Shown here in pieces: positions 43,800 through 53,113 of a stretch of DNA of 64,000 bases. The notes under the pieces were generated by a model. That model did not search any database and was not told where the DNA came from. It saw nothing but the letters and a program-made list of their open reading frames with translations. The stretch is from an uncultured bacterium (GTDB taxonomy: Bacteria; Oederibacteriota; Oederibacteriia; Oederibacteriales; Oederibacteriaceae). Each line of letters begins with the position of its first letter. Position 1 is the stretch's first letter. A program made the position numbers and the translations under genes. The DNA lies in contig OZ218778.1 of the NCBI GenBank assembly GCA_965112635.1, positions 224,001-288,000 on the forward strand, read 5' to 3'.

Positions 43800-44945
43800 T
43801 TAGCAGTTGAATATTTTCTTTTTTTGCTTCAGGTAATATTCATAGTTTTTGAGCGGGACAGTAGGCGGGCAGCGGTGGTCAAACCCGGGCACAAACCCTC
43901 CCTGCTTGACCGTAGCTTCCAGATATCTGAGCTCGTCGTCAATATCCTTGAACGAGCCCTGTATCTTGATCTTGTCCACTCCGCCCCACAGCAGGATCTG
44001 GTCCCCATATTTAGCCCGGAGCTTGACCGGGTCCGTGCCGCAGGCGCGCTCCATGGGGAACATGCAGTTGTATCCCGCCTCCAGGAAAATGGGCACCAAC
44101 AGGTTGATGTCACCGTCGCAGTCCGTATAGATCACGTCGATCCCGTATTTGTGGAGCAGGCGGCTGATCTTCTTGTACTGGGGCAGGACATACTGGCGGT
44201 ACATGGCCGGCGAGATCATGGGCCCGTTCTTAAAAGCCACATCCTCCCAGCCGTGGGCAAAATCGAACTGGACTTCCTTGAGAGCCGGTTCGATCAGGGC
44301 GCAGATAAAATCACCCATATACTCGATCATCTCGGCCATAAGCTCCGGCTGGTCGTAAAAAGCCACGGTGATGTTCTCGAAACCCATCCAGTCACGGGGC
44401 TTGCCGATCATAGAGCCAATATCTATGCCCACGGGTACTTTGCGGTTGATCCAGCCCTCCACGTCCTTTTTCCAGGTCTTCGGATATCGCCCGGGGTCAT
44501 GCGGGTCCAGCCTGGTCTTTTTGAACTCTTTCCAGTCCGCTGGGCCTTTGATGGGGAATTCGATGAAATGAGGGATGGAGGACATGCCCTTCTTTCTATT
44601 GATCTCGCATGTGACGCCGTTAGCGTCGATCATGATGACATGGCTTTCGCTTTTTTCCAGTATCCTTTCCTCAAAGTAGGGGTAAACATTCGTTTGTATC
44701 CCGTCCCCTTCGCAGCTTTCGATCCCGAAATACTGGTAGGCGGTCGCCTCGTCCTTGACCCATGCAGGCAGGCCCTGCTGGTGCCAGACATCCAGGGTCT
44801 CTTCCCAATACCCGAACTCAAAATTGGGGATCCTGTCCACGCTTTGATAATGCATGGTGCGCTGGAAGCGCTCCCGCGGGGACATGCTCTTATTCTTTTT
44901 GGGAGCCTGTTTTTTATCCGCTATTTTTTTAGCCGCTTTGACCAT
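43800..44945 (-). CDS. Uroporphyrinogen decarboxylase (URO-D)/cobamide methyltransferase-like family protein
   Basis: SPRERF..., MGFEN, WEDVAFKNGPMISP, DCDG, GGVDK and GGFVPGFDH motifs. RBS GGAGGG precedes 44945. Confidence 0.85.
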   Translation of the reverse strand: MVKAAKKIADKKQAPKKNKSMSPRERFQRTMHYQSVDRIPNFEFGYWEETLDVWHQQGLPAWVKDEATAYQYFGIESCEGDGIQTNVYPYFEERILEKSESHVIMIDANGVTCEINRKKGMSSIPHFIEFPIKGPADWKEFKKTRLDPHDPGRYPKTWKKDVEGWINRKVPVGIDIGSMIGKPRDWMGFENITVAFYDQPELMAEMIEYMGDFICALIEPALKEVQFDFAHGWEDVAFKNGPMISPAMYRQYVLPQYKKISRLLHKYGIDVIYTDCDGDINLLVPIFLEAGYNCMFPMERACGTDPVKLRAKYGDQILLWGGVDKIKIQGSFKDIDDELRYLEATVKQGGFVPGFDHRCPPTVPLKNYEYYLKQKKKIFNC

Positions 44946-45004
44946 GGATCCCCTCCACAACGCGTAAGGAACGATGAAGTAATGATTGACCCTCAATAAT
45001 AGAA

Positions 45005-45041
45005 CAGGGGTACCCAATTGTAAATACAACGGATACCCCTG
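45005..45041 (-). terminator. Hairpin terminator after the metal ABC permease
   Basis: CAGGGGTA...TACCCCTG stem followed by TTCTATT on the minus strand. Confidence 0.55.
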
Positions 45042-45053
45042 ATCCTTATTAAA

Positions 45054-45872
45054 TTATGGGCGTTTTTTGGCCAGTCCCAGGAATGATACGACGACCAGCA
45101 ACAGAACCGGCATAACCCCAAAACAAACCACGATGAAAGGGCCCGTGGGCATATCCAACCCGTAGCTGACGGCCATGGCCCCCAGGCTAACGATGAACCC
45201 GAAAACCCAACCGAAGATCAGCCTGGCCTTTATGGTGGTAAAAAAGTATGTGCTAATCAGCGAAGGCACGATCAGGTACGAGAAGACCTGCAGGACACCC
45301 GCGATGCTCACCGAGGAAGTGATGACGATCCCGAACAGCACATAGAACAGCAGGTCCCATCCCATGGTCCTCTCGGTCCGGCGCCCGAAAGAAACATCCA
45401 GTAGGGGCTTGCGGAAAACATAATGGATCAACCCGACCACCGCGTAAATGACCGCCGTCTTGACCACATCATGCCAGGTCACCCACAGGATCTGCCCGGC
45501 CAGCAGGTCTTTGATGTGTTCCAGGCCGTGGGCCAGCCTGTTGGCCACCAGCACGACCGCGGCCGAGGAAAGGGCGAAAACAACACCAATGATCGCTTCC
45601 TGCGAGAACATGCTTTCTTGTCTCCGGGCCAAGGCGAATATCCCAGCCGCCAAAAAGGTCGAACATAAGGAGATGAAATAAAGGGTCAGAGAGTGTTCCT
45701 CGAACCCCAGCAGCAAAGCCACCGAGGCCCCCAGCGCCGCGACCTGGGCCAGGGAGAGATCCACGAAAATCACTCCCCTGGCCAGCACATGCATGCCCAA
45801 GTAGCAATGGATGCCCGCTAAAATAAGGGACATCACAAAAGGCGCTAAAAGGAACTGAATAGCTTCGTTCAT
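45054..45872 (-). CDS. Metal (Zn/Mn) ABC transporter permease, ZnuB-like
   Basis: Hydrophobic; HVLARGVIFVDLSLAQVAALG, EAIIG and FSYLIVP motifs. Confidence 0.88.
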   Translation of the reverse strand: MNEAIQFLLAPFVMSLILAGIHCYLGMHVLARGVIFVDLSLAQVAALGASVALLLGFEEHSLTLYFISLCSTFLAAGIFALARRQESMFSQEAIIGVVFALSSAAVVLVANRLAHGLEHIKDLLAGQILWVTWHDVVKTAVIYAVVGLIHYVFRKPLLDVSFGRRTERTMGWDLLFYVLFGIVITSSVSIAGVLQVFSYLIVPSLISTYFFTTIKARLIFGWVFGFIVSLGAMAVSYGLDMPTGPFIVVCFGVMPVLLLVVVSFLGLAKKRP

Positions 45873-46778
45873 TTATTTACCCTCAATGATCGAGACAAGC
45901 CGCTCCACCAGGTCGTCAGTGGTCTTGACGGCTGGCTCTCCGCCGACCTCCTCCGGAACCATGACCACCCTCATTCCCGGCACCTCCTGGATGACCTTGT
46001 CGGCAAAGCTGGTGTCAAAGACATTCTCCACCATGATCAGCTTGATCCCCTGCTCTTTGGCCACCCGGATCACTTCCAGGATATGCTTGGCCGTGGGCGG
46101 GATACCGGGTTTTGGCTCCATGGTGATGGGATTCTCGATACCGAACCGGTCAAAGAAATAATTGAGCGTTTTGTGATAGGTGATGATCTTCTTGACGCCG
46201 GCCTTGTTGATTCTGTCCAGCCATGCCTTGGTCTTTTCCTCCAGTCGTTGCTGCATTTTTTTGGCGTTATCCATGTAAAGATCGGCGTGTTCCGGGTCCA
46301 TTTCTCCCAGATGTTCGGCGACTTTGATCGCCACCTGTCCTACCCGGATGGGATCAGTCATAAAGTGGGGATTTCCAAAAGGATGGACATCTCCTTCTGC
46401 CCTGGAAACCTTGGTATTGGGAACCTCGATGGTCTCGATGAATGGCCCCACCTCCAGATAACCGGCAGTTCCCGGCATGACTTTGGGATTGCGCGCCCCC
46501 TGCAGGATGGGAGGCAGCCATCCTATCTCCAGCTCCAGCCCGATGGACACTACCAGGTCAGCGCGATTGACCTTGACCATATAGGAAGGTTTGGCCTCTA
46601 TGTAATGGGGGTCCTGGGTCCCTTTGGACAGGGACTCCACGGTCACATGATCCCCGCCGATCTCCGAGACCATGGCGGCCAGGTCCGGGATGGTTGTGAT
46701 CACGTTAAGTTTAGCCTGCGCTGGTCTGGCCAAGGCACACGCCACGACCAAACCAAACATCGTTAATGTTCGTTTCAT
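45873..46778 (-). CDS. Metal ABC transporter substrate-binding protein (ZnuA/TroA family)
   Basis: Signal peptide; QDPHY, GDVHPFGNPHF, TYH and EPKPGIPPT motifs. RBS GAGGAGG. Confidence 0.92.
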   Translation of the reverse strand: MKRTLTMFGLVVACALARPAQAKLNVITTIPDLAAMVSEIGGDHVTVESLSKGTQDPHYIEAKPSYMVKVNRADLVVSIGLELEIGWLPPILQGARNPKVMPGTAGYLEVGPFIETIEVPNTKVSRAEGDVHPFGNPHFMTDPIRVGQVAIKVAEHLGEMDPEHADLYMDNAKKMQQRLEEKTKAWLDRINKAGVKKIITYHKTLNYFFDRFGIENPITMEPKPGIPPTAKHILEVIRVAKEQGIKLIMVENVFDTSFADKVIQEVPGMRVVMVPEEVGGEPAVKTTDDLVERLVSIIEGK

Positions 46779-46796
46779 AATGGTCCTCCTCAACGT

Positions 46797-47894
46797 TTAG
46801 TAAGAATGGGCGGGATGAGCGCCGATGGTGATGTTCATTTGCACGCTGACTTTATTCTCAGGGGTACCTAGCCCGTCCTCCAAATGGTCGTACTGTAGCC
46901 TAAAACCTGAAAACTCGGAAGGCAGCAGCGCCAGCAGCACGCTTTCTTTTTTCTGGGTCTGGACTATTCCCTGCTGGGCCGCGCTAATATCCTGGACTCC
47001 CGCCTGGGCATCTTCAAACCTGGCCTGGATCCACCACAGTTCGGCGAACTGGTACTGCACCCAAGTGGCCATGCCACTCTGGAACTCTCCGTTGGGGTCT
47101 CCTTTAAGGTCAGCCCAGAGGCACTCCGTGTTCCAGATCATGGAGTTGTATTTGCCGCCCACCAGGGGACGCCATTTAAAGGTCAGGTCCGAACCATAAA
47201 CCTGGGAGTAGGAGCCGTACTGGTTGTTTCCTTCAGTGCCGGACACACCCCAGTCCATCGTGGTCTCTTCGGTCAAGTCCCAAAGGTTCCTTAAATGGAC
47301 CAAAGACGCCGGGCTGTTGCGGTCAGGACTATCGTAGAGGATGGAGTTGGTCCCCTGAAATTCCTGCACCGTGAGCTCCATGAACCAGTCCGTGGGCATC
47401 AAAAAGGCGCCCGAAACGCCCACTCCGCTCAAGCTGTCTCCCACCAGCTCCTGGTCGATCAGGGGCGCGTCAATGAAGGGAAAGGCATGGGTATGCATGG
47501 TATTGTGGCGATCCAGGGCGGTCTTAAATTTCCCCAGTTTAAAGGTCATGCCTGAAAGATCGATGGTTTCCACAAAGACCTCTTCGGGGTCGATCCCAAA
47601 ATCTGAAGTCGGGGAGTCCTGACTGATGGAAAGCAGGGCATTGGCGTGGAAATAAGGGTCCACGTCGGAAAAGAACTGCATCTCCGCTTCCTGCAAATAG
47701 AACCCGTTTAACTCATTGGGAAACAATGTGGAAGTATCGTTTCCCCTGTTACTGTTCTGATAAAGGGTTAAAAAATTAACTGATGTATCGGGATTGGCGT
47801 ATTTGGTGTTGGCATTGACCTGGGCCGTCAGGGGCAAGGCACACAGGAGGGCCGCTGCCATGAATACACCTATGCCCGAATATAATTTAGACAT
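46797..47894 (-). CDS. Putative zinc-regulated outer-membrane beta-barrel protein
   Basis: Signal peptide; EAEM....VDPYF, HNTMHTH and C-terminal IGAHPAHSY. This family is typically found upstream of ZnuA-like genes. Confidence 0.8.
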   Translation of the reverse strand: MSKLYSGIGVFMAAALLCALPLTAQVNANTKYANPDTSVNFLTLYQNSNRGNDTSTLFPNELNGFYLQEAEMQFFSDVDPYFHANALLSISQDSPTSDFGIDPEEVFVETIDLSGMTFKLGKFKTALDRHNTMHTHAFPFIDAPLIDQELVGDSLSGVGVSGAFLMPTDWFMELTVQEFQGTNSILYDSPDRNSPASLVHLRNLWDLTEETTMDWGVSGTEGNNQYGSYSQVYGSDLTFKWRPLVGGKYNSMIWNTECLWADLKGDPNGEFQSGMATWVQYQFAELWWIQARFEDAQAGVQDISAAQQGIVQTQKKESVLLALLPSEFSGFRLQYDHLEDGLGTPENKVSVQMNITIGAHPAHSY

Positions 47895-47921
47895 AGTTTT
47901 CTCCTTAATTTTTTAGTTGAC

Positions 47922-47945
47922 GAACCTGTAGCGTTTAACAGGTTC
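47922..47945. promoter_or_regulatory. Hairpin between the uORF and the outer-membrane protein gene
   Basis: GAACCTGT-N8-ACAGGTTC, about 16 nt after the uORF stop. Confidence 0.5.
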
Positions 47946-47961
47946 TACGGAACCTAACGAA

Positions 47962-48228
47962 TTAGGAGACGGCAGGCGGAGCCTTGTTGCTGATCAGTTC
48001 CTTGGCTGGAGTGGGTAAAAAATCAGGGATGGGATTGGGTAAGAATGAAATGAATTCGAACTGGGGAGTGATGACCACGGCCTCTACCGTGCTGACGAAT
48101 ACGCATTGGCCCCAGTTGCACGCTAAACAATGGTCATCGGGTTCATCCAAGGGATGGTTATGGAGGAATGGGATAGCTGAAAACCACAAACACAGAACGA
48201 TAAATAATATTTTTTTGGTCAGTGTCAT
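47962..48228 (-). CDS. DUF2946/CruR-like small metal-binding leader protein (TM, HxH, CxxC, C-terminal KAPP)
   Basis: 88 aa: MTLTKKILFIVLCLWFSAIPFLHNH...DHCLAC...SNKAPPAVS. It lies directly upstream of the metal uptake operon. Confidence 0.75.
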   Translation of the reverse strand: MTLTKKILFIVLCLWFSAIPFLHNHPLDEPDDHCLACNWGQCVFVSTVEAVVITPQFEFISFLPNPIPDFLPTPAKELISNKAPPAVS

Positions 48229-48235
48229 GGCTATA

Positions 48236-48265
48236 AGGCTAACCCTTCTCACCCAATAAAGTCAA
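48236..48265 (-). promoter_or_regulatory. Putative sigma70 promoter giving a leaderless transcript of the uORF
   Basis: TTGACT (48265-48260), 18-nt spacer, TAGCCT (48241-48236), then 7 nt to ATG 48228. No SD sequence is present. Confidence 0.5.
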
Positions 48266-48285
48266 GAGAGTAGAAGTTTGTATCA

Positions 48286-48909
48286 TTACTCGTAGCAACC
48301 ACAGTCTTTGCTGCTAGCGTTCTCCCAGCCTTCCCGGCCGATGAGCACGGCAATGCCCAGGCTGGTGACCGAGTCAAACCAGGCCAGCCCGGTCGCGGTA
48401 AAGAGAAACGACCCGGCCAAAAGCAATCCGGACAACCACATGCAGGATAAGGTGCAAAAAGCATCGGCCTCCAGGGCCGGACTGCGCAATCCCTGGGCCG
48501 CCTGCTTTTTATAATGATAGAGGACAAACATCACTCCCAGGGAGATGACGGCAATGATCATGCCGGGCAAACCGGTCTTGGGCCTGAACTTATCGCTCCA
48601 CTCCAGGACCACTCCGGCCGCCAGCAGGACGGACAATAATAAAAGGAACCAGCCGATGATGCGGTGGGCCAGGTGTTCGGCCCCGGCTGTCCGTGTTTTT
48701 TTGGATTCCCTGCGGCTGAAACACCATAGCACCACGACCGCCGAGGCGGTCTCGATAAGGCTGTCGAACCCGAACCCCAAAAGGGATAGGGACTCCGCGG
48801 CCAGGCCGAACCACAGGCTCACCAAAAACTCGGCCAGGTTGTAAAAGACCGAAGCCCAGGCCAAAACAAGGGCCAGCTTTACCCACTGGCGCCGTGGTAC
48901 TTTTTTCAT
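48286..48909 (-). CDS. Cation diffusion facilitator-like transporter (TM domain only)
   Basis: 6 TM helices; SLLGFGFDSLIE, SPALEADA and WFDS motifs; C-terminal DCGC. RBS AAGGAG. Confidence 0.85.
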   Translation of the reverse strand: MKKVPRRQWVKLALVLAWASVFYNLAEFLVSLWFGLAAESLSLLGFGFDSLIETASAVVVLWCFSRRESKKTRTAGAEHLAHRIIGWFLLLLSVLLAAGVVLEWSDKFRPKTGLPGMIIAVISLGVMFVLYHYKKQAAQGLRSPALEADAFCTLSCMWLSGLLLAGSFLFTATGLAWFDSVTSLGIAVLIGREGWENASSKDCGCYE

Positions 48910-48920
48910 ACACACTCCTT

Positions 48921-48964
48921 AAAAAAGAAAAGCAGCCTTCGCTTAGATAAGAAGACTGCTTTTC
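48921..48964 (-). terminator. Intrinsic terminator between the microprotein and the CDF-like gene
   Basis: Minus strand GAAAAGCAGTCTTC-N10-GAAGGCTGCTTTTC-TTTTTT. Confidence 0.75.
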
Positions 48965-48981
48965 TCAGAATCCCTAATAGA

Positions 48982-49053
48982 CTAACAGCATTTCCCCTTG
49001 TGAACCTTACCACAACCAGGGCACTTCTTTGCTTTTTTTGTCTTTTTCGCCAT
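48982..49053 (-). CDS. 23-aa Lys/Cys-rich putative metal-binding microprotein MAKKTKKAKKCPGCGKVHKGKCC
   Basis: Strong SD AAGGAGG directly before ATG, TATAAT at 49080-49075 and a terminator after TAG. Carries CxxC-x3-H-x3-CC. It is below the ORF-track size cutoff. Confidence 0.7.
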   Translation of the reverse strand: MAKKTKKAKKCPGCGKVHKGKCC

Positions 49054-49103
49054 ATGCCCTCCTTTCTTTACAGCATTATACTCCAAAAACATTTCAAGTA
49101 AAT

Positions 49104-50150
49104 CTACCCTGCTTTTCTAGCCTCGTCATACATGGCCACGATGTTCTCCACCGGCGTGATGGACTGGATATTATGGCAGGGCGATAGGATATACCCCCCT
49201 CCCTCACCCAAAATCCTGATATTATCCCGGACCTCCTGCCTGACTTCGGCAACCGTTCCAAAGGGCAGGGTCTGCTGGTTGTCCATGGCTCCGTGGAAGC
49301 ACAGCTTGGCGCCGAAGGTTTTCTTGAGCACCTGCCGGTCCATCCCTGCGCAGCGCCACTGGATGGGGTTCAAAATATCCACCCCGATCTCGACCAGGTC
49401 CGGGATGATGGCTAGGATGGCCCCGTCGCTGTGGGTCATGACGTAAGCCCCGTGCTTGTGCACCAACTCCATCATTTTTTTCATCCTCGGTTTTAAAAAT
49501 TTCCTGAAAATAGCCGGGCTGTACAAAAGGGATTCCTGGGTCCCCAGGTCTTCGGCGATATAGGCAATATCAATGTTCCCCTTGGCAGCAATGAGGGTCT
49601 TTTCGTTCAGTTCGTAATGGATCTGGAAGATCCGCTCCAGGGCCGCTTCCACCATCTCCGGATTCTCGTAAAAGTCGGACATGGCCTGTTCCATGCCCCG
49701 CATATAGCTATAAAGCCACATCGGCTCAAAGTAACTTCCCTGGATGGGTCTGCCCTTGTATTCCAGGCATTTGTCCAGGACATTTTCAAAGGTCCACCAT
49801 TTTGGATCCGGCCAGGGATAATCTTCCATCTCCTTGACGCTGGTGATCTTGGCCAGGGGGTTGCGGGCTATCTCATCATAAGTTCCGGCGCCGTTGGCAT
49901 AGTTGACCTTCCGCCACTCCATGCCCCAGATATCCGCCTTGCCCCGTTCCTTGGCATGGGGGTCGTGCAAATCCCCGCCCACCCCCACAACGCGGTCTAT
50001 GTTCAGTTTGGCCCAAAGTTCATCCGGGTTCTTGCATTTCAATTCTTGGAGAAGCTTATCGGTGATCTCCGGTGTTCCCCAGTAATCCGTCGGGATATGG
50101 TCCACGCCTTTCTTGGCTATGGTCGCTCTCCAGCGTTCCTTAGAAGTCAT
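49104..50150 (-). CDS. URO-D/cobamide methyltransferase-like family protein
   Basis: MTSKER, RGMEQ, EDLGTQ, HSDG, LNPIQ and GGYILSPCHNIQ motifs. RBS GGAGG. Confidence 0.88.
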   Translation of the reverse strand: MTSKERWRATIAKKGVDHIPTDYWGTPEITDKLLQELKCKNPDELWAKLNIDRVVGVGGDLHDPHAKERGKADIWGMEWRKVNYANGAGTYDEIARNPLAKITSVKEMEDYPWPDPKWWTFENVLDKCLEYKGRPIQGSYFEPMWLYSYMRGMEQAMSDFYENPEMVEAALERIFQIHYELNEKTLIAAKGNIDIAYIAEDLGTQESLLYSPAIFRKFLKPRMKKMMELVHKHGAYVMTHSDGAILAIIPDLVEIGVDILNPIQWRCAGMDRQVLKKTFGAKLCFHGAMDNQQTLPFGTVAEVRQEVRDNIRILGEGGGYILSPCHNIQSITPVENIVAMYDEARKAG

Positions 50151-50255
50151 TATTACCCTCCATTGTTCGAAGTGTCCTGTAAATTGGTTAATTCTTGCGC
50201 TTTAACGGCGTAAAGTCAAGCCAACGGCCTGTTCTGCAAAACACCTAATTCTAGC

Positions 50256-50298
50256 TTGACTTTTTAACTATACGCCCGTATAGTTATACAGAGGTATA
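50256..50298 (+). promoter_or_regulatory. Sigma70 promoter with overlapping TetR-type operator palindromes
   Basis: TTGACT (50256)-N17-TATAGT (50279). Perfect inverted repeat TAACTATACG-CC-CGTATAGTTA (50265-50286) and a second TATAC-N4-GTATA (50285-50298). Confidence 0.8.
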
Positions 50299-50315
50299 GA
50301 TATAAAGGAGGCACA

Positions 50316-50957
50316 ATGCCTAGACCTTCGAGTGATTCTGATAAAAAACTTATCCAGGCAGCTTTGGAACTGCTGGACCAGACTGGTTTTAGCGGCCTAA
50401 AACTAAGGCAGGTGGCCGCTAAAGCCAAGGTCAACCTGGGCATGTTCCATTACCACTTCAAAACTAAGGAAGATTTTGAGGCTAAAGTTCTGGAAGCGGT
50501 CTACGAGAGTATGTTCAGCAAGCTCAGCCTTGAATCAACCGGCCCTGAACCTGGCCTGGAGCGTCTGAGGAAGGCCCTGTTCACCTTTGGCCAGTTCACC
50601 CGGCAGCACCGCCGCATAGTCCTGGGCCTTTTGCACGATGCCATGAACGGCCACAAGGGCATCCTGCAGTTCGCTCAAAAGAATTTTCCCCGCCATATCA
50701 AAGTCCTAGTTGACCTCATCCAGGAATGCCAACAACAGGGCTCTTTAGAAAAGTCGGACCCCATGGACGCCCTGATCTTTTTAATGAGTGCTATCAACCT
50801 GGCCAATGCCATTTCCGGCATACTGGAAAAAACTGAGGAACATAAACTCTTCTCCTTCAAGCTCAAGCTCATCCAGTCCCGCTTGATCTCCGACCAAGCC
50901 ATCCAGCGCCGGGTGGACCTGGCTCTCAAAGCCCTGTCCCCGGCCAAAGGAGCCTGA
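50316..50957 (+). CDS. TetR/AcrR family transcriptional regulator
   Basis: N-terminal HTH GFSGLKLRQVAAKAKVNLGMFHYHFKTKED. Confidence 0.92.
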   Translation: MPRPSSDSDKKLIQAALELLDQTGFSGLKLRQVAAKAKVNLGMFHYHFKTKEDFEAKVLEAVYESMFSKLSLESTGPEPGLERLRKALFTFGQFTRQHRRIVLGLLHDAMNGHKGILQFAQKNFPRHIKVLVDLIQECQQQGSLEKSDPMDALIFLMSAINLANAISGILEKTEEHKLFSFKLKLIQSRLISDQAIQRRVDLALKALSPAKGA

Positions 50958-50958
50958 T

Positions 50959-52326
50959 ATGAAAAAATTGTTATCTACCGTTCTATCTTTAGGATGCCTG
51001 CTGGCCGCACAGGCGTCCTCTGGCGCCCCCACCCTCAAACTATCCCTGGCCGAGATGGTCAAGCAGGCCATGCTCAACTCCAACCAGCTCACGGCAGCGG
51101 AACTGGACTGGCACGCGGCCCAGCGCCGCTCGGACCTGGCCGGTTCGGCCCTACTCCCCTATGTGGGCGCACAAGGTTCTTGGAGCCGCGTCTCCATCAT
51201 CCCTTCCCTCAGCCTGTTCCCCAACCAGCCGCCAATGCAATTCGGGGACTATCAGAATTATAACTATGGCCTGGCGGCCAGCTGGACGGTGTGGGACTGG
51301 CTGGGGACTTTTAACAGCGCCGAAAGCAACCGAGAAGCGGCCTGGGCCAAGGAACAGCAATGGCGGACCATGGTCCTGCAGACCGTGCTCACAGCCAGGC
51401 TGGCTTATTTCCAGGTCCAGGCCAATCTGGAACAGGTACGGTTGGCCTCGGACTCCCTCAAGCTCGCCCAGTCCCAGTACAGGGATGTGGATCTCCGTTA
51501 CCACGCGGGCACGGCCAGTAAGATCGACGAACTCTCCGCTCACCAAGAGGTTCTGACCTGGCAAAGGCAGTTCCGCCAGGCCCAGGCTGACCTGGCCGGC
51601 TCCCTGCGCACCCTCTATAGCCTTACCGGCCTGGACCCCCAGGCTGACCTGAGCCTGCCCTACGATAGCCGCCTGGCCGGTAATATGCCTGATAATATAG
51701 GGAATCCAACGGTTTTTGTGGCCCTGGATAACATCCAGGATTCGGCCAAAATCTTGGAGCCGGGCACCCACGATCGTCCGGACAATACCCTTCCCCAGGT
51801 CCAGATCTACCAGGCGCTTTCTGATTCATTCAAAAAACTGGGGTGGAGCGCGGATGCGGCCTTCCTGCCCCGGTTCCAGGTGCAGGCCACAGCCGGTTAC
51901 CAGTATCCCAACGGCCCGGTCCTAGAGACCATTCAGCAAAACACCGTGGCGGTGTCGGCTTCCATGCCTCTTTGGGATTGGGGCAGGACCATCAACCAAT
52001 CCGCGGAAGCCAGAGACCAGTCCCTTACCTATGAAAAACAGCGCGACCAGTCCTTGACCGACCTGGGCCGGAACTGGGACATGGCCCAGGACCAGCTTCA
52101 GGGTCTGCTGGACCAGCAAAAGCTCAACAACCAGTACGTATCCGAGGCCGAGCAGTTGGCTAAACTCGTTTACCAGTCCTACCAGTCCGGCCGTTCCAGT
52201 TTCTTGGATGTCCAGTCCGCCAACTTGCGGGAAATGGAAGCTAAGGTCCAGTCCGTCCGGACCGACATACAGGTCTTGATACAGATGGCGACCCTATCTG
52301 CTCTATCCAAAGGAGGTTCCTTATGA
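50959..52326 (+). CDS. TolC family outer membrane efflux protein
   Basis: Signal peptide and two OEP repeats (LLPYV, FLPRF, YQSGRSSFLDV). Confidence 0.9.
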   Translation: MKKLLSTVLSLGCLLAAQASSGAPTLKLSLAEMVKQAMLNSNQLTAAELDWHAAQRRSDLAGSALLPYVGAQGSWSRVSIIPSLSLFPNQPPMQFGDYQNYNYGLAASWTVWDWLGTFNSAESNREAAWAKEQQWRTMVLQTVLTARLAYFQVQANLEQVRLASDSLKLAQSQYRDVDLRYHAGTASKIDELSAHQEVLTWQRQFRQAQADLAGSLRTLYSLTGLDPQADLSLPYDSRLAGNMPDNIGNPTVFVALDNIQDSAKILEPGTHDRPDNTLPQVQIYQALSDSFKKLGWSADAAFLPRFQVQATAGYQYPNGPVLETIQQNTVAVSASMPLWDWGRTINQSAEARDQSLTYEKQRDQSLTDLGRNWDMAQDQLQGLLDQQKLNNQYVSEAEQLAKLVYQSYQSGRSSFLDVQSANLREMEAKVQSVRTDIQVLIQMATLSALSKGGSL

Positions 52327-53051
52327 AGAAAAGAATTCCGATCATCCTGGCGGTCATTTTGCTGGTGATCGCGGCCATCATCGTCTGGCAGGTTTGGCTC
52401 AAAGGGCCGTTCCGCTACGCCGGCACGGTCGAGGCCACCGAGGTGGACATCCCTTCCCGCCTGGGTACGGTCATCACTTCTTATGAGGTCAAGGAAGGCG
52501 ACAAGGTCGCCAAAAGCCAGCTTATGGTGGTCTTGTCCGGGGACGAGGTCAAAGTGGACAGCGACGAGGCCGCAGACGACTACCACCGAGCCATTTCTCT
52601 TTACCAGAGCGGTTCCATGGCCAAGGAGGCTTTTAACCATATTAAATCCCGCTGGGAGACGAGCTCGCTGCGGGTCTCCTGGTGCAATGTCAAAGCGCCT
52701 CTGGCCGCCACGGTCCTGACCAAATACCACGAACCCGGTGAATGGGTCAACCCGGGTACCAAGCTTCTGACCCTGGGAGACCTGTCCGAGGTCTGGGCCT
52801 ACGTGTATGTGCCCGAGACCAAGCTCGCTTCCCTCAAATTGAACGGGGAGATCCGGGGCTGGCTGGCCGACACGCACCAGTACTTCCAGGGCAGGATCAG
52901 CAAGATCAACGACGAAGCAGAATTTACCCCAAAAAATGTGCAAACCCAGGCTGAACGTACCCGTCTGGTCTATGGGGTCAAATGCGTTTTCCCCAATCCC
53001 GACGAAATCCTCAAGCCCGGCATGACCATTGAGGTAGAGTTTCCCAAATAA
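52323..53051 (+). CDS. HlyD-family membrane fusion protein (YbhG-like)
   Basis: GTVEATEV, AEFTPKNVQT..ER..LVY and LKPGM motifs. Confidence 0.92.
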   Translation: MKKRIPIILAVILLVIAAIIVWQVWLKGPFRYAGTVEATEVDIPSRLGTVITSYEVKEGDKVAKSQLMVVLSGDEVKVDSDEAADDYHRAISLYQSGSMAKEAFNHIKSRWETSSLRVSWCNVKAPLAATVLTKYHEPGEWVNPGTKLLTLGDLSEVWAYVYVPETKLASLKLNGEIRGWLADTHQYFQGRISKINDEAEFTPKNVQTQAERTRLVYGVKCVFPNPDEILKPGMTIEVEFPK

Positions 53052-53113
53052 CGGTTGGCCCTATTGTTCCTGGCCGGTTTTCCAAGCCTATAGGTCGGAA
53101 ATCAGGTGGAAAA

